From IMG/VR virus record IMGVR_UViG_3300017766_003100, positions 128,001 through 192,000 of that record: a stretch of DNA of 64,000 nucleotides. One strand, written 5' to 3'. A program made the position numbers and the translations under genes. The notes under the pieces were generated by a model. The model made no database searches, had not been told where the DNA came from, and was given only the letters and a program-made list of their open reading frames with translations. Positions 58,649-64,000 of the stretch are shown piece after piece (the stretch's first letter is position 1; every line of letters starts with the position of its first letter). The stretch comes from a virus. Taxonomy: Duplodnaviria > Caudoviricetes.

Positions 58649-58663
58649 ATAAAAAAAATTGAA

Positions 58664-60037
58664 ATGAAATTTAATTCCGTTCTAAAAAAACTAATACTTG
58701 AAAACTCAAGATTTAAGGTATTATATGATAAAATGGTTATTCCATCTCAAAAGGCTTTAGAAAAAAATCCAAATGCAAAAGGATTGATGGCCTTTGATGT
58801 ATTAAAACAAATTATATTTGCCGACCCAGATACTAAAGCTCCTGAAAATTTTGATATTGAAGGTGCTAACATTGATGAAATGGACACTGTTAAAGTTGGT
58901 AAATATTCACAATGGATATTGAAACAATTTGTTATTCCTAATTTACCTGAAGAAGAAAAAAATTTAGACCCACAATCCAAAGAATATAAAGAAGCTATAA
59001 AAAGATATAGAGCATTATTTTTGGAAGATTTGTTCAAAATCAAAGAACGATTGGAATTTTACGAAAAAGTAAAACAATATTTACCTCAAGAACAAAGAGA
59101 TATTAATAAATTGACTTCAGACCAATTGAAGTATATTTTTGCTAATTTTAAACTTCCTGAGAAGAAACAAAAAGAAATTGAAAAGAAACAAGCAAGACAA
59201 ACAAGAGAAGGTTTCAAACATGCTGGTGGTAAAATTATCTTTGAGGGGAATGATTGGGTTCTAATCAAAATAGAAGGTAATAATCCAACTAGTAAAGATG
59301 CAGCCATTTATTATGGTGGATTTAAAGATTATAGAAATGGTGAATCTGATTGGTGTACTTCAGGACCTGGATTAAGTTTTTTTGAGGGATATATTAAAAA
59401 CGGACCTCTCTATGTTATTTTTCCACAAAATGATAATGGTGAAGTTGGGTCAAGAACAGGATTACCAAAAGAAAGATATCAGTTCCATTTCCCATCAAAT
59501 CAATTTATGGATAGACATGACAAACAAATTGATTTAGTTTCATTTTTAAGTCAAAAAGCACCAGAACTAAAAGAACAATTCAAGAGTGAATTTGCGAGAG
59601 GTTTATTTACTGATGGTGGAAAAAAAGTTGAAATTTCATATCCTAATAGTTCTGCAGGTAAATATGTTGCAATATATGGTTTTGATGACTTGTTTGAGAA
59701 TTTACCAGCAGATATTGAAACATTGAAAATTATCAATACAAGTAATTCATCAATTTCATTAGAGTTGCCAAAATCAATTGGGCGATTCAATAAATTAACA
59801 GCATTGGTTTTACAAAATATGGTTAAGAGTATTCCGAATGAAGTTGGGAATATATCAACATTAGAATTTTTATCTTTACCTGATAATAAAAATCTTGTAT
59901 CTTTACCTGAGAATTTAGCCGATTTAGAGTATCTATCATTTATCAATATTAAAGGAACTAGTCCAAATCTTGAAATACCTGAAAGATTAAAAGAAAAAAT
60001 GGTAGACCAAAAAGATGGATTTTATTATGTAATGTAA
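58664..60037 (+). CDS. Protein with central WCT domain and C-terminal leucine-rich repeats
   Basis: LKKLILE N-terminus; DWCTSGPG...RYQFHF; LPKSIGRFNKLTALVL, IPNEVGNISTLEFLSL, LPENLADLEYLSFINI. Confidence 0.7.
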   Translation: MKFNSVLKKLILENSRFKVLYDKMVIPSQKALEKNPNAKGLMAFDVLKQIIFADPDTKAPENFDIEGANIDEMDTVKVGKYSQWILKQFVIPNLPEEEKNLDPQSKEYKEAIKRYRALFLEDLFKIKERLEFYEKVKQYLPQEQRDINKLTSDQLKYIFANFKLPEKKQKEIEKKQARQTREGFKHAGGKIIFEGNDWVLIKIEGNNPTSKDAAIYYGGFKDYRNGESDWCTSGPGLSFFEGYIKNGPLYVIFPQNDNGEVGSRTGLPKERYQFHFPSNQFMDRHDKQIDLVSFLSQKAPELKEQFKSEFARGLFTDGGKKVEISYPNSSAGKYVAIYGFDDLFENLPADIETLKIINTSNSSISLELPKSIGRFNKLTALVLQNMVKSIPNEVGNISTLEFLSLPDNKNLVSLPENLADLEYLSFINIKGTSPNLEIPERLKEKMVDQKDGFYYVM

Positions 60038-60055
60038 CCCCCAAAATTTACAATT

Positions 60056-60340
60056 ATGAACATCGATGTTGAAATATACATTAAGAATTTTATAAACTTC
60101 TTTGAGAATAATCCAAATGAACTACTTGAGTTAATTGGTGACACACTCAAAGAAGTTTTTTATGATAAAGTAAAAGAACAATGTTATAAAAACCATGATA
60201 ATGGTGATGAGATAACATTAACACAAAAACAACTGATTGACATTGTTGTTAAAATTAAGAAAGGAAAACCTAATATAAATGTACTCCTTACCAATGGGGT
60301 TTTCCAACAAACAAAATTCGGATTAATTTCTTTGAATTAA
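60056..60340 (+). CDS. Hypothetical protein
   Basis: ORF, 94 aa. Confidence 0.55.
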   Translation: MNIDVEIYIKNFINFFENNPNELLELIGDTLKEVFYDKVKEQCYKNHDNGDEITLTQKQLIDIVVKIKKGKPNINVLLTNGVFQQTKFGLISLN

Positions 60341-60341
60341 A

Positions 60342-60373
60342 TTTGGAAATTATAAAATGAGTTTGTAATTTTG
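60342..60373 (+). promoter_or_regulatory. Bacteroidota-type promoter TTTG-N20-TAATTTTG
   Basis: Exact consensus; repeated cassette 1. Confidence 0.8.
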
Positions 60374-60403
60374 ACCCATCGTTAACAAATAAGAATACAA
60401 GCT

Positions 60404-60619
60404 ATGACAAAAGGACAAAAATTTGAAGCGGTAAGAGATACTGATTTTTTGTATACTCGTAAATTAGGTGGAGGTCTTTTGGGCAGAAAAGTCAAAAAAG
60501 GTGATGTTGTTACTTTTTTGACCGAAGAAATGAGTTTTGGCACTCGTATGGTTAGTTGTTATGAATTACTATTATGTATGACCAAAAATGAGTTCATAAG
60601 TAATTTTAAGGCAATCTAA
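60404..60619 (+). CDS. Small early hypothetical protein
   Basis: Downstream of promoter cassette 1. Confidence 0.55.
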   Translation: MTKGQKFEAVRDTDFLYTRKLGGGLLGRKVKKGDVVTFLTEEMSFGTRMVSCYELLLCMTKNEFISNFKAI

Positions 60620-60635
60620 AAAATCTCATCCAAAC

Positions 60636-60667
60636 TTTGGAAATTAGAAAAGTAGTTTGTAATTTTG
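60636..60667 (+). promoter_or_regulatory. Bacteroidota-type promoter TTTG-N20-TAATTTTG
   Basis: Exact consensus; repeated cassette 2. Confidence 0.8.
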
Positions 60668-60705
60668 ACCCATCGTTAACCAATAAAAATATAACAATAT
60701 TAAAT

Positions 60706-60876
60706 ATGGGAAATAAAAAATTAACAACAGAAGAAGCAACAAAAATGTTGTTGGAAGTAAATTTGAGTAATAAGTATGACAGATTGAAAACTCTCTATCA
60801 ATATGTGAAAGGTGGTTGGATAGACCAACAACAATTTTGTGTATTAATTGAAGATGTATTTGGTTTAAAAATTTAA
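60706..60876 (+). CDS. Small early hypothetical protein
   Basis: ATG 60706 (the track start at 60637 runs through the promoter). Confidence 0.55.
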   Translation: MGNKKLTTEEATKMLLEVNLSNKYDRLKTLYQYVKGGWIDQQQFCVLIEDVFGLKI

Positions 60877-60904
60877 TTACCTCTAAAAAAAATCTCATCC
60901 AAAG

Positions 60905-60936
60905 TTTGGAAATTAGAAATTTAATCCGTAATTTTG
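60905..60936 (+). promoter_or_regulatory. Bacteroidota-type promoter TTTG-N20-TAATTTTG
   Basis: Exact consensus; repeated cassette 3. Confidence 0.8.
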
Positions 60937-60972
60937 TACCTATCAATTATTCACCAATAAAAATATAACAAT

Positions 60973-61722
60973 ATGACAATCCAAGAAATTAAGTCTATCG
61001 CCCCAGCAGTATTCACAACTTCAGCTGACCCTAAGATGTCTAAAAGATATTCATTCGTACCAACGATTGATATTATGGAGAAATTCACCAACGAGGGTTG
61101 GGAGCTTAAATCCGTAAAACAAAATGGTACTGGTCTTTATGGTGTGCACGAATTGAGATTTAGAAATGGTGAACTACCTGCGGTTGGAGACACCTTGGTT
61201 GAAGCCATTGTTAGAAACTCACATAATGGTATGACCACTCTATCTGTAAGTGCTGGACTACACCGATTAGTTTGTTCTAATGGTTTGACTGTACCCACTT
61301 CTACAGCTGAACAATTCAATGTGAGACATATGGGATTTGACTCAGAAGAAGTCAAAAGATTGACCGAGAGTTTTGCAACGAAACTCCCCATCATACAAAA
61401 CTCAGTTGATAAGATGATGGATAGAATGTTGACCGAAGGTGAGAAAATCGACTTTGCAAAAAGTGCTTCAATCATCAAGTGGGGAATGGGTTCAGTACCA
61501 TACCTTGATTATGAGGAATTGATTACTCCTCAAAGACTTGGAGACAACAACGATGACCTTTGGACAACATTCAATATCCTTCAGGAGAGATTTGTTAGAG
61601 GTGGTCTTGAGTACAGAAGTCAAACTGGTCGTAAGACATCCCTAAAAGGTTTGAAAAACATTATGGCGACAAACCAAATGAACACCAAACTTTGGGAATT
61701 GGCCGAAACATTTGTCTACTAA
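60973..61722 (+). CDS. DUF932/DUF945 family protein
   Basis: APAVF...SKRYSFVPT, NSHNG, AGLHRLVCSNGL, LWTTFNILQE, N..LW motifs. Confidence 0.8.
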   Translation: MTIQEIKSIAPAVFTTSADPKMSKRYSFVPTIDIMEKFTNEGWELKSVKQNGTGLYGVHELRFRNGELPAVGDTLVEAIVRNSHNGMTTLSVSAGLHRLVCSNGLTVPTSTAEQFNVRHMGFDSEEVKRLTESFATKLPIIQNSVDKMMDRMLTEGEKIDFAKSASIIKWGMGSVPYLDYEELITPQRLGDNNDDLWTTFNILQERFVRGGLEYRSQTGRKTSLKGLKNIMATNQMNTKLWELAETFVY

Positions 61723-61731
61723 AATTAAAAT

Positions 61732-61759
61732 TGGGGAGTTTACACTCCCCATTTTTTTT
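61732..61759 (+). terminator. Intrinsic terminator
   Basis: tggggagt-ttac-actcccca followed by T8. Confidence 0.85.
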
Positions 61760-61781
61760 ATTATAGTTAGGAAAAAAATAT

Positions 61782-63512
61782 ATGGAAACTTTATTTGATT
61801 TTATAAAGATAAGCAAAGGTGTTGTAATACACAAAGATGTGTGTGAGTTAAGTGAAGAAGAAATTCTAGGTCATCATAGTTCAGATGACTCTGATTTGGG
61901 TTTCTATCTATATAAAAACCGAAATATGTTTAGACACGAATATGATGTCTCAAGTAGAAGTTTTGGTGATGAAACTTATAGTGAAAACAAAAAAAACATT
62001 TTAGCTAGAGTTAGTTTTGATAAGATACGTTTGATGGTCACAAAAACTGATGAAAAAGTTTCATTGAAATATTTTACATATAACTTAAATAAAAATGTTG
62101 GGGTTAAGTTTTTCACAAAAAACACAACCTGTCAATTCATTACGTTTAATTTTAAAACCAACACAAAATATACTGGTACTATAATAAATCATCATAAGAA
62201 AAGATGTGGAAAAAGTTTCTCAAAAAACAAATGGAATCATAAAAGTTTAAAAAATTTTTCCGTACTTATATCTTCAGCATTAAGACAATTAAAGTCGGAT
62301 AATTTTGATGATTTACATAATTGGCAACTTGAAATTAATAGAGCTTTTGAAATATTCTTTAACAATATACCAGGATTAGATAATTCCATAAAAGACCCAG
62401 ACGATAGATTATATAAAAAATATTTGGATGGACATAACATTAAAACACCAAACAATTGGATGTGTTTTGAGAGAACTTATCCCCAGATTACATTAAAGGA
62501 CTTTAGAAAGCACAAAAACAAGTTTGTAGACACTTATATGGCATTCAATGAACTAAGTGGTGATAAGATAAAAAGAGTTCTCCATATGGTCAATTCAACG
62601 TCAGGTGTTCTTATGTTTAGATTTGCTTTAAGACTATTTGGGAATGATTTTATATTATCACAAAATGATGAAATAATTAAAAACATTATTGAATCAAATT
62701 GTAATTCCAATTTACAAGGATGGAATATACTTTGGCATCTTAAAAATTTTACCAAGAGAGAAATCAAAAATTGTTTTGAGGTTTTTAAGATGGTTTTGAT
62801 TGGTGAAATAAATTTTAGCACATTTATAGACCACGTAATGACCAAGAATAGATTACATAATTTAGAACCAGTAAGTTGGCAATCAAACACATATGAAAAA
62901 TTTATGGAAGAACATTTTGAATGGTCAGAGAAATTTGGTTCATATCAAACCGCAACATATAATAGATATTACAATGAAGAATTCAAAAAAATTATAGAAG
63001 AACCAATATTAGGATATCACCCAGTCATACTAGTTAATAATAAAGAATATAACGTTGAAAGTTTTATCCAATCAAACTGTGTTAGAACTTATGCAAGTAG
63101 ACCAGAATCAATTATAATATCAATAATAAGAATGGAAGATAAAGAACGAGCATCAGTTGAATATAGAATAACTGGGGACAATGATGATATTAATTTAATC
63201 AGAGTTCAATCACTAGGCAGATTCAATAAAGTTTTGGATGTTAGTTGGGATGAAATATTAAAAGTATTGGATAATAGAGTTGAATATTGTTTAATAAATG
63301 ATATTTTTAAATTACCCACCTTTGAAGTTAATTTCGGTAAAAAAACATTGTATAGTGAATTGGAGTTTAGAGATAGTCTTGAATATGCAATGAGACCAGG
63401 ACAGAGGGGAATAAAAACAATTAATAAAGCCTTATATTTTTCTAATAGAGAAATTTATGATATTAAAGGAACAAAATTACCAACATTAGAAATTGATGAA
63501 ACACCATTCTAA
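61782..63512 (+). CDS. PcfJ-like domain protein
   Basis: C-terminal EYNVESFIQSNCVRTY...IISI...ASVEY...QSLGRFN. Confidence 0.65.
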   Translation: METLFDFIKISKGVVIHKDVCELSEEEILGHHSSDDSDLGFYLYKNRNMFRHEYDVSSRSFGDETYSENKKNILARVSFDKIRLMVTKTDEKVSLKYFTYNLNKNVGVKFFTKNTTCQFITFNFKTNTKYTGTIINHHKKRCGKSFSKNKWNHKSLKNFSVLISSALRQLKSDNFDDLHNWQLEINRAFEIFFNNIPGLDNSIKDPDDRLYKKYLDGHNIKTPNNWMCFERTYPQITLKDFRKHKNKFVDTYMAFNELSGDKIKRVLHMVNSTSGVLMFRFALRLFGNDFILSQNDEIIKNIIESNCNSNLQGWNILWHLKNFTKREIKNCFEVFKMVLIGEINFSTFIDHVMTKNRLHNLEPVSWQSNTYEKFMEEHFEWSEKFGSYQTATYNRYYNEEFKKIIEEPILGYHPVILVNNKEYNVESFIQSNCVRTYASRPESIIISIIRMEDKERASVEYRITGDNDDINLIRVQSLGRFNKVLDVSWDEILKVLDNRVEYCLINDIFKLPTFEVNFGKKTLYSELEFRDSLEYAMRPGQRGIKTINKALYFSNREIYDIKGTKLPTLEIDETPF

Positions 63513-63807
63513 AATACAAGATATTTTTAAAGAAAGATACAAACAAATACCATCTTCTTTATATATAAAAAATGAAAAAATATCCAAAGAAAACTTGGAT
63601 AAATTTTTAAGTAAATCTCATTTAATATTTACCAATAAGAAAGTTATTGATAACAAAATAGTTGAATTTGAAAAATTGGTTGAATATGACCCAAGTGGAA
63701 TTCTTATTTACATAGAAGAAGGTATTGATATATTTATTTTTACCACAACAGATAGATTGAATGTTGCGGAGTTTACATTACATAATTTAATAAAACTTAA
63801 CAAATAA
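63493..63807 (+). CDS. Hypothetical protein
   Basis: ORF, 104 aa. Confidence 0.5.
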   Translation: MMKHHSKIQDIFKERYKQIPSSLYIKNEKISKENLDKFLSKSHLIFTNKKVIDNKIVEFEKLVEYDPSGILIYIEEGIDIFIFTTTDRLNVAEFTLHNLIKLNK

Positions 63808-63832
63808 AATGGTTTTTTATACTACTTGGTGA

Positions 63833-63839
63833 TATTTAT
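63833..63839 (+). promoter_or_regulatory. Putative late promoter TATTTAT
   Basis: 17 nt upstream of ATG 63857. Confidence 0.45.
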
Positions 63840-63856
63840 AATAAACACTATGTCGT

Positions 63857-64000
63857 ATGGAAAATGGAAAAATTTATAAGATAACAAATACCGAAAATAA
63901 TAGTTTGTATATTGGTTGTACGATAAACACCCTAAAACATAGATTTGAAGAACATTGTTATCGTTGTTTAAAAACAAATATTAATACTAAATTATGTAAT
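63857..64000 (+). CDS. GIY-YIG homing endonuclease, N-terminus (truncated by window end; not in track)
   Basis: MENGKIYKITNTENNSLYIGCTINTLKHRFEEH. Confidence 0.75.
   Translation, partial: MENGKIYKITNTENNSLYIGCTINTLKHRFEEHCYRCLKTNINTKLCN

Noticed and set aside
59551-59946. 131-aa antisense ORF over the LRR gene, and other 60-130 aa nested or antisense ORFs in the track
   Set aside because: Fully nested in well-supported genes; no motifs or leaders
60320-60975. Repeats as a mini-CRISPR array
   Set aside because: Repeats are degenerate, match promoter consensus and are separated by complete ORFs
1-64000. Stop-codon recoding (as in Lak or some crAss-like phages)
   Set aside because: Long genes are intact in the standard code, and TAA, TGA and TAG all end genes at tight junctions
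1-64000. Giant eukaryotic virus origin suggested by LRR, plant-like GT and DnaJ
   Set aside because: Bacterial sigma70, Bacteroidota promoters, baseplate wedge, amidase and operonic overlaps indicate a bacteriophage
1-64000. tRNA, rRNA or other structured ncRNA genes
   Set aside because: Intergenic gaps are short, and no cloverleaf or T-loop GTTCRA context was recognised

Overview
AT-rich window (roughly 28-30% GC by eye), standard genetic code, densely coding, from a large T4-like tailed phage (probably a jumbo myophage). A Bacteroidota (likely flavobacterial) host is inferred from TTTG-N19/20-TAnnTTTG promoters, A-rich leaders without Shine-Dalgarno sequences, a Bacteroidota-type RpoD sigma factor, SprB repeats and an Hc1/'histone H1'-like gene. 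Layout: (1) 1-18107 (+): baseplate/tail genes ending in a SprB/PKD/BspA adhesin-like protein. (2) 18141-29815 (-): convergent block with a RuvC-like resolvase, Cys- and Pro/Thr-rich virion proteins and an embedded GT-A glycosyltransferase. (3) 29860-49000 (+): primase, PD-(D/E)xK nuclease, Mre11/SbcD and Rad50/SbcC about 13 kb apart, two C5 DNA methyltransferases, acyl-CoA thioesterase, thyA and many small accessory ORFs. (4) 49000-64000: sigma factor, putative lysis cassette, head-core-like proteins, Hc1-like protein, frameshifted DnaJ, LRR protein, repeated promoter cassettes, DUF932 and PcfJ-like genes, and the start of a GIY-YIG endonuclease. No tRNA, rRNA or CRISPR array was seen. Best candidate novel systems: a virion O-glycosylation module (plant SERGT/HPAT-like transferase among PT-repeat virion proteins); late-promoter-driven genes sharing an N-terminal head-targeting/protease-cleavage signal; and an accessory island of chimeric ORFs built from pieces of thyA and the thioesterase. 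All family assignments come from motif recognition, not database searches.
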